Shown here piece after piece: positions 1-9,824 of a DNA stretch of 64,000 bases. Within the stretch, counting starts at the first letter, position 1. Every line of letters begins with the position of its first letter. Below the pieces are notes generated by a model. That model had not been told where the DNA came from. It searched no databases and worked only from the letters and a program-made list of their open reading frames with translations. The translations under genes and the position numbers were made by a program. Origin of the DNA: Candidatus Fermentithermobacillaceae bacterium (lineage in GTDB: Bacteria > Bacillota > Sulfobacillia > Fermentithermobacillales > DUSS01); contig DYEQ01000029.1 in assembly GCA_020725645.1 (NCBI GenBank), positions 43,109-107,108 of the forward strand, given 5' to 3'.

Positions 1-731
1 TGACGGCGGAACGAATGGGGAGGGACCTTGCCCTCGCTGGGATAACCGTCGTTTCGGGTCTTGCGAGAGGAGTTGATTCCCAAGCTCATCGCGGCGCCGT
101 CCGAGCTGGAGGCAGGACCGGGGCTGTGCTGGGTTCGGGTCTCGATGTGATTTATCCCCCGGAGGAGAGGAGGCTTTTCGAGGAAGTCCGGCAGTGTGGC
201 TGGGTCATCTCGGAATACCCCCCGGGGTCCCCGCCGCTTAAATGGCATTTTCTCGAACGTAACCGCCTCCTCAGCGGATTGTCCATAGGTGTGGTGGTGG
301 TCGAGGCGGGTCCCAGGTCCGGAGCTCTTTCCACCGTGGAGTACGCTATAGCTCAGGGGCGTCCCGTAATGGCGGTCCCCGGAAGCGTTACAAACCCGTC
401 GGCGGCAGGCACCAACAAGCTCCTGGCGGATGGTGCGGGACTGGTTACCTGCGCCAAGGATGTGCTATGCTTTCTCAGGCATGAGACTGAATACGTTCCC
501 GAGTTCAAAGAGAATCGGAACTCAGGCGTTTCGGTTACCTTGGAGGAAGGAGAGATCCTCAGAATCGTCGGGGACGACGTTCTTTCCCGCGATGAGATCC
601 TGAGGAAATCGCCGTTTCCCCCGGGAAAGTCGTGCGCCCTGATATCGGCGCTGGAAGTAAAAGGACTGCTCGAGCGGATGCCTGGCGGGCGACTTACCCG
701 TCGCCCAACGGCATCCTCCTTTGTGAGGTGA
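1..731 (+). CDS. dprA: DNA processing protein DprA (Smf), 5'-truncated by the window edge
   Basis: ORF 15..731 translation matches the DprA Rossmann core (GLARGVDSQAHRGA... VVVEAGPRSGALSTVEYAIAQGRPV). The frame is open to position 1. Confidence 0.85.
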   Translation, partial: TAERMGRDLALAGITVVSGLARGVDSQAHRGAVRAGGRTGAVLGSGLDVIYPPEERRLFEEVRQCGWVISEYPPGSPPLKWHFLERNRLLSGLSIGVVVVEAGPRSGALSTVEYAIAQGRPVMAVPGSVTNPSAAGTNKLLADGAGLVTCAKDVLCFLRHETEYVPEFKENRNSGVSVTLEEGEILRIVGDDVLSRDEILRKSPFPPGKSCALISALEVKGLLERMPGGRLTRRPTASSFVR

Positions 732-803
732 GACCCTACGGGCAAAGGAAAGCCACTGATAATCGTCGAGTCGCCGGCGAAGGCCAGGACGATCCAGAGG
801 TTC

Positions 804-2867
804 ATGAAGAGGAAGTATGACGTAGCTGCGTCCCTCGGGCACGTGCGGGATCTGCCCAAGAGCCAGATGGGCGTGGACGTTGACGACGGCTTTAAGCCAA
901 GGTACATCAACATAAGGGGTAAGGGCGAGGTAATCAAGAAACTCAGGGAGATGGCGAAGACCGCCCCCCAGGTGTACCTGGCCACCGACCCGGACCGGGA
1001 GGGCGAAGCTATTTCATGGCATCTATGTCATGTACTTGGACTCGATCCCTCCGAGGCGCGGCGGGTTACGTTCCACGAGATAACCGATGGGGCGGTGACC
1101 GAGGCTTTCAAGCACCCCCGGCCCATCGACCAGAACCTGGTCGACGCTCAGCAGGCCCGTAGAATCCTGGACAGGCTCGTGGGCTATAGTTTGAGCCCGC
1201 TTTTGTGGCACAAGGTGAAAAGAGGTCTGTCAGCGGGAAGGGTGCAGTCAGCTGCCCTACGCCTGATTTGCCAGAGGGAAAAGGAGATCGAGGAGTTTAA
1301 GCCAGAGGAATACTGGACTCTCGACGCAAAGCTCGAGTCCTCAGGCGAGGTATTTCTCGCCAGGTACCACGGAACCGGGGGCAAGAAAGTCGATCTTCGT
1401 TCACGTACGGATGTAGATGAGATCGTCGCCTCCTTGAAGAACGAACTCTTTGTCGTAAAATCAGTGGAACAGAAGGAAAAGCGAAGATACGCTCCGTTCC
1501 CCTTTACGACCTCCACTTTGCAGCAAGAAGCTTCAAGACACCTCGGTTTTTCGGTGAAACGAACCATGGCGGTAGCTCAAACCCTCTATGAAGGAGTCAA
1601 CCTGGGGAAGGAAGGTCCCCGGGGTCTCATAACGTACATGAGGACCGATTCGACGAGAGTGTCCCAGGCGTCTCAAGCACAGGCGAGAGCTCTTATCTCG
1701 GAGAAATTCGGCCGGGAATATATCGGGCCCGTGAGGCAAGCAAAAGAAGGTCCCGGGGTTCAAGGAGCTCACGAGGCCATAAGGCCCACAGACGTTTCGA
1801 GGACCCCTGAATCGTTAAAGCAATACCTCAGTCAGGACCAGTACAGATTGTACTCCCTCATATGGAAGCGGTTCGTGGCGAGCCAGATGGCGCCCGCTGT
1901 ATACGACACGATTTCGGCGGAGATCGAAGCGGGTAGGCATTTATTCAAGGCCGGAGGCCAGAGGCTCAAGTTCGACGGATTTACCAGGGTGTACACGGAA
2001 AGGAGCGATGATCCCGAAAAAGACACACCCCCGCTACCACCGCTTAAAGAAGGAGAAGTTCTGATCCTGCGGGATCTTTTGGCCGCCCAGCACTTTACCG
2101 AGCCTCCGTCCAGGTACACCGAAGCTTCTCTCGTGAAAGCGATGGAAGAGAGGGGAATAGGTCGTCCGTCGACATACGCCCCCACCATTTCAGTGCTTCT
2201 CGAGAGGGACTACGTTACAAAAGAAAAGAAAAAGCTCGTTCCGACCGAGCTGGGACGCGTGGTCGACAAGCTCCTGGTGGAGAACTTCCCTTCCGTCCTG
2301 GACCTGGATTTCACCAGGGAGATGGAGGAAAAACTCGACAAGATCGAGGCAGGCGAAGGACATTGGCAGGCGGTGGTAAGGGAATTCTGGGAGCCCTTTA
2401 AGGCCCTCGTGGATAAAGCTGAGGAGTCCTTAGGGCGTCAGGAGCTCCCGGCGGAACCGGCCGGGGTCAATTGCGAGGTTTGCGGAAAGCCCATGGTGAT
2501 AAGGACCGGAAGGTTCGGTAAATTCATAGCATGCTCCGGTTATCCTGAGTGTAAGAACACCAAACCTTTCCTGGACAAGATCGGGGTACCCTGTCCTAAA
2601 TGCGGTGGTGACTTGGTCCGTCGAAGGTCGAAAAAGGGCAGGGAGTTCTTCTCCTGCGTGAATTACCCCACTTGTGACTTTCTGAGCTGGTCCAGGCCGG
2701 TGGGGAGAAACTGTCCGGTTTGCGGTGAGCCCCTGGTGGAAGGGCCCGGCAATGCGGTTCGATGTTCCCGAAAGGGTTGCGATTACCGGGAAAAGGCTCT
2801 CGTGGGAAAATCTCTCTCGGCCCCGGAAACCCCGAAGGAAAATGCGGTAAATAGTCTAGAAAATTGA
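804..2867 (+). CDS. topA: DNA topoisomerase I with three C-terminal CxxC zinc ribbons
   Basis: TOPRIM and topo IA motifs (GHVRDLPKSQMGVD, DPDREGEAISWHL) and three C-terminal CxxC...CxxC ribbons. The conserved N-terminal KPLIIVESPAKARTIQRF is encoded in frame upstream of the first ATG (804), so the true start is probably near 738; see findings. Confidence 0.95.
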   Translation: MKRKYDVAASLGHVRDLPKSQMGVDVDDGFKPRYINIRGKGEVIKKLREMAKTAPQVYLATDPDREGEAISWHLCHVLGLDPSEARRVTFHEITDGAVTEAFKHPRPIDQNLVDAQQARRILDRLVGYSLSPLLWHKVKRGLSAGRVQSAALRLICQREKEIEEFKPEEYWTLDAKLESSGEVFLARYHGTGGKKVDLRSRTDVDEIVASLKNELFVVKSVEQKEKRRYAPFPFTTSTLQQEASRHLGFSVKRTMAVAQTLYEGVNLGKEGPRGLITYMRTDSTRVSQASQAQARALISEKFGREYIGPVRQAKEGPGVQGAHEAIRPTDVSRTPESLKQYLSQDQYRLYSLIWKRFVASQMAPAVYDTISAEIEAGRHLFKAGGQRLKFDGFTRVYTERSDDPEKDTPPLPPLKEGEVLILRDLLAAQHFTEPPSRYTEASLVKAMEERGIGRPSTYAPTISVLLERDYVTKEKKKLVPTELGRVVDKLLVENFPSVLDLDFTREMEEKLDKIEAGEGHWQAVVREFWEPFKALVDKAEESLGRQELPAEPAGVNCEVCGKPMVIRTGRFGKFIACSGYPECKNTKPFLDKIGVPCPKCGGDLVRRRSKKGREFFSCVNYPTCDFLSWSRPVGRNCPVCGEPLVEGPGNAVRCSRKGCDYREKALVGKSLSAPETPKENAVNSLEN

Positions 2868-2934
2868 GAACTTCGCCTTGCCCCAGCCCAGCGGCGGGTG
2901 TTAAGATAACCTGGCGGAAACGAGGCGAGAGGTT

Positions 2935-3912
2935 TTGACGGAACTGGACGAGATGATAGACAGGTTCCTCGAGGAACTGGCGGTCACGAGGACAGGCTCG
3001 TTGCATACCAGGACCGCTTATGCCCGGGATCTCAAGGATTTCGTCGAGTACCTCCGGGAAGCGGGGCTACCCCTCGAAGGTTCTTCCGTGAGCGCCCGGG
3101 CGATCGGCGGCTTTATTCAGAGCTTATCCAGGCGAGGGTTCCGTCAGTCATCGGTTTCAAGGAAGGCATCGGCGGTGAAGTCCTTCGCCCGGTTTCTCGT
3201 CAGACGGGGTATCCTTCGGGTTAATCCCGCAAAGGATCTCGCGCCCCGCAAGACGAGCTTCACCTTGCCCAGGGTTCTTTCGGAGGGAGCCGTTTCTTCC
3301 CTCCTGGAGATTCCAAGTCCCGATTCTCCACTGGGTCTCCGGGACAGAGCGCTTCTTGAGACCCTCTATGGTGCGGGGTTGCGCGTATCTGAAGTGGTGA
3401 GTTTGAACCTGGGAGACATCGACTACTCTCTGGGTTTTGTCCAGGTCACCGGAAAGAGGGGGAAGCAGAGGATCGTACCTCTGGGTTCGGAGGCCATAGC
3501 TCGCCTGGGAGATTACTTGGAGCGAGGGCGACCGGTTCTCCTCTCCAAAGCCCGGAAAAGATCGAACGCCCTCTTTCTCAACAGGTGGGGAGGCAGGCTT
3601 TCGTCGAGGAGCGTCCGGCGGATCCTCGAAGCTTATCTGCTAAAATCGGGACTGGGAAAAAGAGATGCTTCTCCTCATACCCTCCGGCACTCCTTCGCTA
3701 CACACCTTTTGGCGAACGGAGCTGATTTGAGGTCCGTCCAGGAGATGCTCGGACATTCCAGCATCAGGACTACACAAATTTACACCCACGTCTTGCCCGG
3801 CAGGCTTCGCCGGGTTTACGACCAAGCTCATCCCCGGTCGGGAAAAAGAAACGGGGACGACGGGGAGCGAGAGAGCGGAGGCGGTGACGATGAACTCGTT
3901 TCGTCATTGTAG
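2935..3912 (+). CDS. xerC: Tyrosine recombinase XerC/CodV
   Basis: Phage-integrase C-terminal motifs ([24 protein letters not shown]). Its position between topA and hslVU is the same as B. subtilis codV. TTG start. Confidence 0.85.
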   Translation: MTELDEMIDRFLEELAVTRTGSLHTRTAYARDLKDFVEYLREAGLPLEGSSVSARAIGGFIQSLSRRGFRQSSVSRKASAVKSFARFLVRRGILRVNPAKDLAPRKTSFTLPRVLSEGAVSSLLEIPSPDSPLGLRDRALLETLYGAGLRVSEVVSLNLGDIDYSLGFVQVTGKRGKQRIVPLGSEAIARLGDYLERGRPVLLSKARKRSNALFLNRWGGRLSSRSVRRILEAYLLKSGLGKRDASPHTLRHSFATHLLANGADLRSVQEMLGHSSIRTTQIYTHVLPGRLRRVYDQAHPRSGKRNGDDGERESGGGDDELVSSL

Positions 3913-4459
3913 AGTGCCAGTCTTTTACGGCACCACGATAGTGGCGGTAAGGGCGAAGGGTAAGTCGGCCATGGCCGGGGACGGTCAGGTCACGATGGAA
4001 TCCGGTTCTTCGCCTACGGTAATCAAAGCTTCCGCTCGAAAGGTCCGCAAACTCTACGGCGACAGGGTTCTGTGCGGATTTGCGGGTTCCGTGGGGGACG
4101 CCTTCACGCTCTTCGACAAACTCGGCTCGCACCTGGAAGAATCCAGCGGCGACCTGATGCGGGCCGCCGTGAATCTGGCGAAAGAATGGAGGACCGACAG
4201 GGTGCTCCGGCAGCTCCAGGCCGTTCTCCTGTGTATGGACGCGGAACATATCTTGCTCGTCTCGGGTACAGGGGAGGTCATCGAACCGGATGAGCCCGTT
4301 CTGGCCATCGGATCGGGCGGACCGTACGCGCTGGCAGCTGCGAGGGCTCTTTTGCGTCACACGGATCTCGACGGACCTGCTATCGCCCGGGAGGCCTTGA
4401 AGCTGGCAGCTGAGATATGCATATATACCAATGACAACATAACTGTGGAGGAAATCTGA
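3890..4459 (+). CDS. hslV: ATP-dependent protease subunit HslV (ClpQ)
   Basis: [21 protein letters not shown]... is the HslV core. ATG at 3890 sits 8 nt after a GGAGGCGG Shine-Dalgarno; the ORF as listed opens at GTG 3884. There are 14 residues N-terminal to the catalytic Thr-Thr, as in B. subtilis CodW. Confidence 0.9.
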   Translation: MNSFRHCRVPVFYGTTIVAVRAKGKSAMAGDGQVTMESGSSPTVIKASARKVRKLYGDRVLCGFAGSVGDAFTLFDKLGSHLEESSGDLMRAAVNLAKEWRTDRVLRQLQAVLLCMDAEHILLVSGTGEVIEPDEPVLAIGSGGPYALAAARALLRHTDLDGPAIAREALKLAAEICIYTNDNITVEEI

Positions 4460-4464
4460 CCGTT

Positions 4465-5889
4465 ATGACCGACGCGAAGAGTTATCTTGATGAGCTTACC
4501 CCCGCAAAGATCGTGGAAGAACTGGATAAATACATTGTCGGACAGGCACGAGCTAAACGGGCGGTCGCCGTTGCGCTGCGGAACAGAATACGCCGGCAGA
4601 GGGTCGCTCCGGAACTTCAAGAGGAGATCGTCCCTAAGAACATCCTCATGATAGGTCCCACGGGAGTCGGAAAGACGGAAATCGCAAGACGTCTGGCCAA
4701 GCTCGTTAACGCTCCCTTCGTTAAGGTCGAAGCCTCTAAGTTTACCGAAGTCGGCTACGTTGGGCGAGACGTCGACTCCATCATAAGGGATCTGGTCGAA
4801 ACTTCCGTCAGGATGGTTCGGAACGAGAAGTTCGCGGAAGTTGAACCGAAAGCGCTGGCGCTGGCCCAGGATAGGCTCGTCGACGTACTCGCGCCCCTTC
4901 CCAAGCGACCGAGACCCATGCGGAACCCGTTTGAGATGCTGTTCGGCCCGCAGCAGGAAGAACGGGATGAGACTTCCGACTACGATTTCGAGGATAAGCT
5001 TTCCGCCGCGAAAGCTCATAGGCGGGAAATCCGGGAAAAGCTCGAAGCGGGCGAACTCGAAGACGAGTATGTGGAGATCGAGGTGGAAGACACCTCTGTT
5101 CCGATGATCGAGTTTTTCGACGGTTCGGGGATGCAGGAAATGGGCCTCAACATGCAAGACCTTCTAGGCGGTATACTGCCCAAGAGGAAGAAGCGACGCA
5201 GGGTGAGGGTAAGGGAAGCCAGGAGGATCCTAGCTCAGGAGGAAGCTTCGAAGCTCCTGGATCAGGACGCTATCACAGCAGAAGCTATCTCCAAAGCGGA
5301 AAACGTAGGGATAGTGTTTATCGACGAAATGGACAAAATCGCCGGGAGAGAAAAGGGCATCGGTCCCGACGTCTCTAGAGAAGGCGTTCAAAGGGACCTC
5401 CTTCCGATAGTCGAGGGCACCACCGTGGTGACGAAATACGGCCCGGTGAAGACAGACCACATTTTGTTCATCGGCGCTGGCGCTTTTCACGTGTCAAAAC
5501 CCTCCGACCTCATCCCCGAGCTTCAAGGGCGGTTTCCCATCCGGGTGGAGCTCGACGCTTTGAGCAGGGATGATTTTGTGAGGATTCTCGTGGAGCCCGA
5601 AAACGCGCTCACCCGCCAGTATAAAGCGCTTCTTGAGACGGACGGAGTAGAGCTGGAGTTCACCGAGGACGGCATCAGGGAACTGGCCGATATGGCTTAC
5701 AGGGTGAATCAAGAGACAGAGAACATCGGCGCCAGGCGCCTCCATACCGTCATGGAGAAGCTTCTGGAAGATGTGCTCTTCCAGGCGCCGGCGGTGTCCG
5801 AGAAGAAGGTGATCGTTGATTCCAAGTATGTAAGAGAAAAGCTTTCTGATCTCGTCAAGAGCGCCGACGTGTCGAGATACATCCTCTGA
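4465..5889 (+). CDS. hslU: ATP-dependent protease ATPase subunit HslU (ClpY)
   Basis: AAA+ Walker A ([15 protein letters not shown]), sensor motifs, 474 aa. Confidence 0.95.
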   Translation: MTDAKSYLDELTPAKIVEELDKYIVGQARAKRAVAVALRNRIRRQRVAPELQEEIVPKNILMIGPTGVGKTEIARRLAKLVNAPFVKVEASKFTEVGYVGRDVDSIIRDLVETSVRMVRNEKFAEVEPKALALAQDRLVDVLAPLPKRPRPMRNPFEMLFGPQQEERDETSDYDFEDKLSAAKAHRREIREKLEAGELEDEYVEIEVEDTSVPMIEFFDGSGMQEMGLNMQDLLGGILPKRKKRRRVRVREARRILAQEEASKLLDQDAITAEAISKAENVGIVFIDEMDKIAGREKGIGPDVSREGVQRDLLPIVEGTTVVTKYGPVKTDHILFIGAGAFHVSKPSDLIPELQGRFPIRVELDALSRDDFVRILVEPENALTRQYKALLETDGVELEFTEDGIRELADMAYRVNQETENIGARRLHTVMEKLLEDVLFQAPAVSEKKVIVDSKYVREKLSDLVKSADVSRYIL

Positions 5890-5930
5890 GGCGCACCACG
5901 GGGCTGACGAAGGGAAAGGAGAGATATGGT

Positions 5931-6707
5931 TTGAAGACTCTTTTGGATAAAACAAGGTATGTCAACAGAATGCTGGCACATACAGCTCGAGAGGTCGATT
6001 TTTCCGAAACCACCAGAGTTCTCATGGATGTTCTCGAATCCAACGTTTACCTTCTGGACGGGGAAGGGCGGATCCTCGGGTACGCCCTCAAGGATGATTT
6101 CGATTGCCGGGTAGTCAAAGATGGGCTCCTAAAAGACAAAGAATTCCCCGAAGCTTACAACCAGAATCTTCTCGCCTACCGGGAAACCGCTGCCAATATC
6201 GAAGAGTCTAGAGGGGTATGCGTCTTTAAGGATGGAACCCCGTGCATCTACCGGTCGAAGATCACCACGGTGGTCCCGGTGGTTGGCGGCGGGCGGCGTC
6301 TGGGCACCCTGGTTCTAGCCAGGACCCAGGGACGCTTTACCGAGGAGGACCTGGTTTTAGCGGAACACGCCACGGCCATCGTAGCTTTGGAGATGCTAAG
6401 ACACGCCGGAGAGGCCAGGGAAGAGGAGGCGCGGCAGCGCGCCGCCGTTCAGGTTGCCCTGGGAACTCTCTCCTTCTCCGAGCTCAACGCGGTAAAGCAC
6501 GTTTTCGCCGAGCTAAAAGGCGAAGAAGGATTCTTGGTGGCATCCAAGGTTGCGGATCGAGTGGGCATAACGAGGTCGGTCATCGTCAACGCCTTGAGAA
6601 AGTTCGAATCCGCCGGGGTCATCGAGTCGAGGTCCCTGGGGATGAAGGGTACCTATATTCGGGTGTTGAATCCGCTTCTCCTCGAAGAACTTCGCAAGCT
6701 CAGGTAA
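5931..6707 (+). CDS. codY: GTP-sensing pleiotropic repressor CodY
   Basis: 258 aa with an N-terminal GAF domain and C-terminal HTH (ASKVADRVGITRSVIVNALRKFESAGVIES). Sits immediately upstream of the flagellar operon, as in B. subtilis. Confidence 0.95.
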   Translation: MKTLLDKTRYVNRMLAHTAREVDFSETTRVLMDVLESNVYLLDGEGRILGYALKDDFDCRVVKDGLLKDKEFPEAYNQNLLAYRETAANIEESRGVCVFKDGTPCIYRSKITTVVPVVGGGRRLGTLVLARTQGRFTEEDLVLAEHATAIVALEMLRHAGEAREEEARQRAAVQVALGTLSFSELNAVKHVFAELKGEEGFLVASKVADRVGITRSVIVNALRKFESAGVIESRSLGMKGTYIRVLNPLLLEELRKLR

Positions 6708-6768
6708 CGAAACCTTTTTACACGCCGGCATGAAAACGCAGCGGGTTTCAAAACCCACTGGGAAAAGG

Positions 6769-6811
6769 CCGGGGTTGTCCCCAAACGGGGGTCCCCGGTT
6801 ACTTATTTTTT
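6769..6811 (+). terminator. Rho-independent terminator after codY
   Basis: Nested GC hairpin CCGGGGttgtCCCCaaacGGGGgtCCCCGG followed by TTACTTATTTTTT. Confidence 0.5.
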
Positions 6812-7056
6812 GATCACTTTTTTCGATCACTTTTTTGAGAAGAAGGAATCTGGTAGGGTTATGTCGAATGGAGGACCTTGCCAAGGAATATATACCGCGT
6901 TACCGATAAAGGCAAACCCGTCGAAAGGCGGGGACGCAAAGCTGCGGGTCTAAAGCCGTAAGGCCATGATAGCCGGGCTGCCGAAGAACGGGGTTACTTA
7001 TTATTTAGCCTCCTGCGGTAACGCGGGGGGCTTTTGTCGTCCAGGGGGGATGACAG

Positions 7057-7437
7057 GTGCAGTCCATTTCATCTTTGCTGGCAAAAGCTCTTGACGCGTC
7101 TTGGGCGAGGCACGAATTCCTCGCTTCGAATCTGGCCAACGCCGAGACCCCGGGTTTCAAGAGACAGGACTTGGATTTCCAATCCTACCTTAGATCCGCT
7201 CTGAGCCCGGGCGTTGTCGTCAGTACGACCCATCCGCGGCACATTTCCTCATCCGGACCCCGGCCGCTGTACGTCACGAGGGATTCCTCCAGCCTTACCC
7301 CGGATGGAAACAACGTCGACGTTGATAGAGAAATGGCCGAGGTATCCTCGAACGCGCTCTATTACACCGCCGTCCTGCGACAGCTCGGCGAACATATGAG
7401 CTTGCTGCGAAAAGCCATCACCGAAGGGAGGAGGTAA
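7057..7437 (+). CDS. flgB: Flagellar basal-body rod protein FlgB
   Basis: N-terminal SNLANAETPGFK rod motif; 126 aa. Confidence 0.9.
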   Translation: MQSISSLLAKALDASWARHEFLASNLANAETPGFKRQDLDFQSYLRSALSPGVVVSTTHPRHISSSGPRPLYVTRDSSSLTPDGNNVDVDREMAEVSSNALYYTAVLRQLGEHMSLLRKAITEGRR

Positions 7438-7439
7438 CC

Positions 7440-7895
7440 GTGAGGTTATTTTCAGCTATCGAAGCCAGCGCCTCCGGGCTGACGGCCCAGAGGCTACGCC
7501 TGGACCTTATTGCGTCCAACCTGGCTAACGCCGAAACGACGAGGACTCCCGAGGGGGGACCATACGTCCGCAAGGTAGCTATCGTCGCACCCAGGAACCC
7601 GAGGTACTCCTTTCGAGAACTCCTCGCCCTGAAGTGGGGCTCTCTTCCGGGGGACGGTTCTCCCGTAGGTGTTGAGGTGGTTTCAGTGGCGCGGGACCCG
7701 ACGCCGCCCCGAAGGGTGTACATGCCGGGTCATCCCGATGCCGACGACGATGGATACGTCACGTTTCCCAACGTGAACGTGGTTACGGAAATGGTCGATA
7801 TGATGGCAGCTACCAGGGCTTATGAAGCGAATGTGACGGCCATCGAAGCGGCCAAGGCGATGGCCACCCGGGCATTGGAAATGCTCAGAGTTTAA
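7440..7895 (+). CDS. flgC: Flagellar basal-body rod protein FlgC
   Basis: SNLANAETTRTPEGGPY and C-terminal rod motif; 151 aa. Confidence 0.9.
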   Translation: MRLFSAIEASASGLTAQRLRLDLIASNLANAETTRTPEGGPYVRKVAIVAPRNPRYSFRELLALKWGSLPGDGSPVGVEVVSVARDPTPPRRVYMPGHPDADDDGYVTFPNVNVVTEMVDMMAATRAYEANVTAIEAAKAMATRALEMLRV

Positions 7896-7937
7896 TGCAC
7901 CAGCACAGTTTTCCGGCAAGAACAGGGGGGCTTTGGA

Positions 7938-8246
7938 ATGTATATAAGGCCGGTCGGTACAGTTAAAACGCTGGGAACTCTTCCGCTTACACCGCCTCGT
8001 TCTGCAAGGACATCCGCGGCGCCCGCCGAGAGCTTTCAGGACACTTTGAGGAGGGCGGTTTTCTCCCTTGAGCAGATGGATAAGGAGCTTTTGAAAAGCA
8101 ACATCGAGCTTGTGGCGGGCACGGCCAAGGACATGCACACCGCAGTTCTGGCCGCAGAAAAAGCTTCTCTCGCGCTTGACCTCATCATCGCGATCCGGAA
8201 CAAGGCCATCGAAGCTTATCAGGAAATCATGAGGATGCCCATCTAG
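7938..8246 (+). CDS. fliE: Flagellar hook-basal body protein FliE
   Basis: 102 aa with a FliE-like C-terminus (LAAEKASLALDLIIAIRNKAIEAYQEIMRM); sits between flgC and fliF. Confidence 0.8.
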   Translation: MYIRPVGTVKTLGTLPLTPPRSARTSAAPAESFQDTLRRAVFSLEQMDKELLKSNIELVAGTAKDMHTAVLAAEKASLALDLIIAIRNKAIEAYQEIMRMPI

Positions 8247-8273
8247 TCCCGTGGGGCCGGGGTATGAAAAGGG

Positions 8274-9824
8274 ATGGTGATACGGATGGCGCAGGCGAGG
8301 CGGCTTCTGGAGAGCGTGAAAGAGGTCTTAGGGAAGCTTTCCAGGATCCAGCGCATCGTGCTCGTTGGCGTGACGGCCCTGATTTTCCTTTCCCTGCTTC
8401 TCGTTGCCATCTTCGGCTCGCGCGGAACGGAGTACGACATCCTCTGGTCCGATTTGAGCTCTCAAGATGCAGGGGCTATCGTCAAAGAATTGGAGAAAGA
8501 AGGGGTGCCTTATAAACTCGAGGCGGGCGGCCGGGTCATAAAGGTTCCTAAAGATTCGGTCTACAGATTGCGACTTACTTTTGCCTCCATGGGGCTTCCG
8601 GCGTCGGGCGTCGTCGGTTTCGAATCCATCTCGGTAAATCAGCTGTGGTCCACCGACTTCGAAAGACAGGTTCAATACACGAGAGCGCTTCAGGGGGAGA
8701 TCGTCAGGACCATCAAGTCGATGGACCCGGTGGAAGATGCCAGGGTCCATATCGTCCTTCCCGAACCTTCGGTTTTCGTCACGCAGCAAAAACCGGCGAC
8801 CGCCGCGGTCATGCTGAAGCTCCGCCCCATGGAGGAACTCACGAAGGCCCAGGTGAAGGCCATCGTGAAGCTGGTATCCAGCTCGGTCCGGGGCCTTTCT
8901 CCGGAAAACGTCACGGTGGTGGACTCCACCGGGAGACTTCTTTCCCAGGATATCTCCGGGGGAGCCCTGGAAGAGGGCTTTTCATCTCTGGATTCTCTGG
9001 AAATAACTTACCAGTTCGAGCGGACCCTGGAAAAGCGGTTGACGAACTTGCTCAACCCTATCCTGGGACCGGGCAACGTGGTTTGCCAGGTAAGAGCTGA
9101 GCTCAACCTGGATTTGGTTAAGCGCGAAACTGTAACTTACAGCCAGGACCAGCAGCCTGTGTTGAGGAGCACTCAGGAAGTACACGAAACCTTCCAGGGG
9201 TCAGGCACGCCGTCGGGCGGACCTGCCGGCGGGCTGGACGTTCCATCTTACGTAACCCCCGGCACTCAGGAATCGCAGTACCAGAGAACCGAGACCATCC
9301 ACAACTACGAGGTGAGCGAAGTGAGGGAGGCCACCACGGTCGCGCCGGGGACGGTGAAGAGACTGTCGGTAGCTGTGGTGTTAAACAAAGCGGAGATGGA
9401 TGAAGATTTCCGCGACTCCATCGTGCAAACCGTGACGATGGCGCTCGGGCTCGACCCTGCGAGGCAGGACCAGATATCCGTCATAAACATGCCGTTCAGC
9501 TCGGGTCCGTTCGAGGAGGCGCCCGCGCCTGTACCGATCTGGCAGAGAACGTACGTCATCTACGGGGCCGCGGTGGCCGCTGCCCTCGTGGCCGGTACGG
9601 TCATCTTGCTCCTCCTGAGAAGGCGCCGGCTCGCGAGAGAGAAAGAGCTCGAAGCTGAGGAGGTGGTAGCTCCGGAAACCCTTCCCACCGAGGCGGCGCC
9701 GGCCGCCACTCCGGAGATGATGGCATTGCAGAGGGCGAGGGAGGGCGTGGAGAGGCTGGCCAGGACGAATCCGGAGCTTGTGGCGCGGATATTGAGAACG
9801 TGGCTTGTGGAGGATGAGCGATGA
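8274..9824 (+). CDS. fliF: Flagellar MS-ring protein FliF
   Basis: 516 aa with N- and C-terminal transmembrane segments and FliF/YscJ core. Confidence 0.9.
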   Translation: MVIRMAQARRLLESVKEVLGKLSRIQRIVLVGVTALIFLSLLLVAIFGSRGTEYDILWSDLSSQDAGAIVKELEKEGVPYKLEAGGRVIKVPKDSVYRLRLTFASMGLPASGVVGFESISVNQLWSTDFERQVQYTRALQGEIVRTIKSMDPVEDARVHIVLPEPSVFVTQQKPATAAVMLKLRPMEELTKAQVKAIVKLVSSSVRGLSPENVTVVDSTGRLLSQDISGGALEEGFSSLDSLEITYQFERTLEKRLTNLLNPILGPGNVVCQVRAELNLDLVKRETVTYSQDQQPVLRSTQEVHETFQGSGTPSGGPAGGLDVPSYVTPGTQESQYQRTETIHNYEVSEVREATTVAPGTVKRLSVAVVLNKAEMDEDFRDSIVQTVTMALGLDPARQDQISVINMPFSSGPFEEAPAPVPIWQRTYVIYGAAVAAALVAGTVILLLLRRRRLAREKELEAEEVVAPETLPTEAAPAATPEMMALQRAREGVERLARTNPELVARILRTWLVEDER

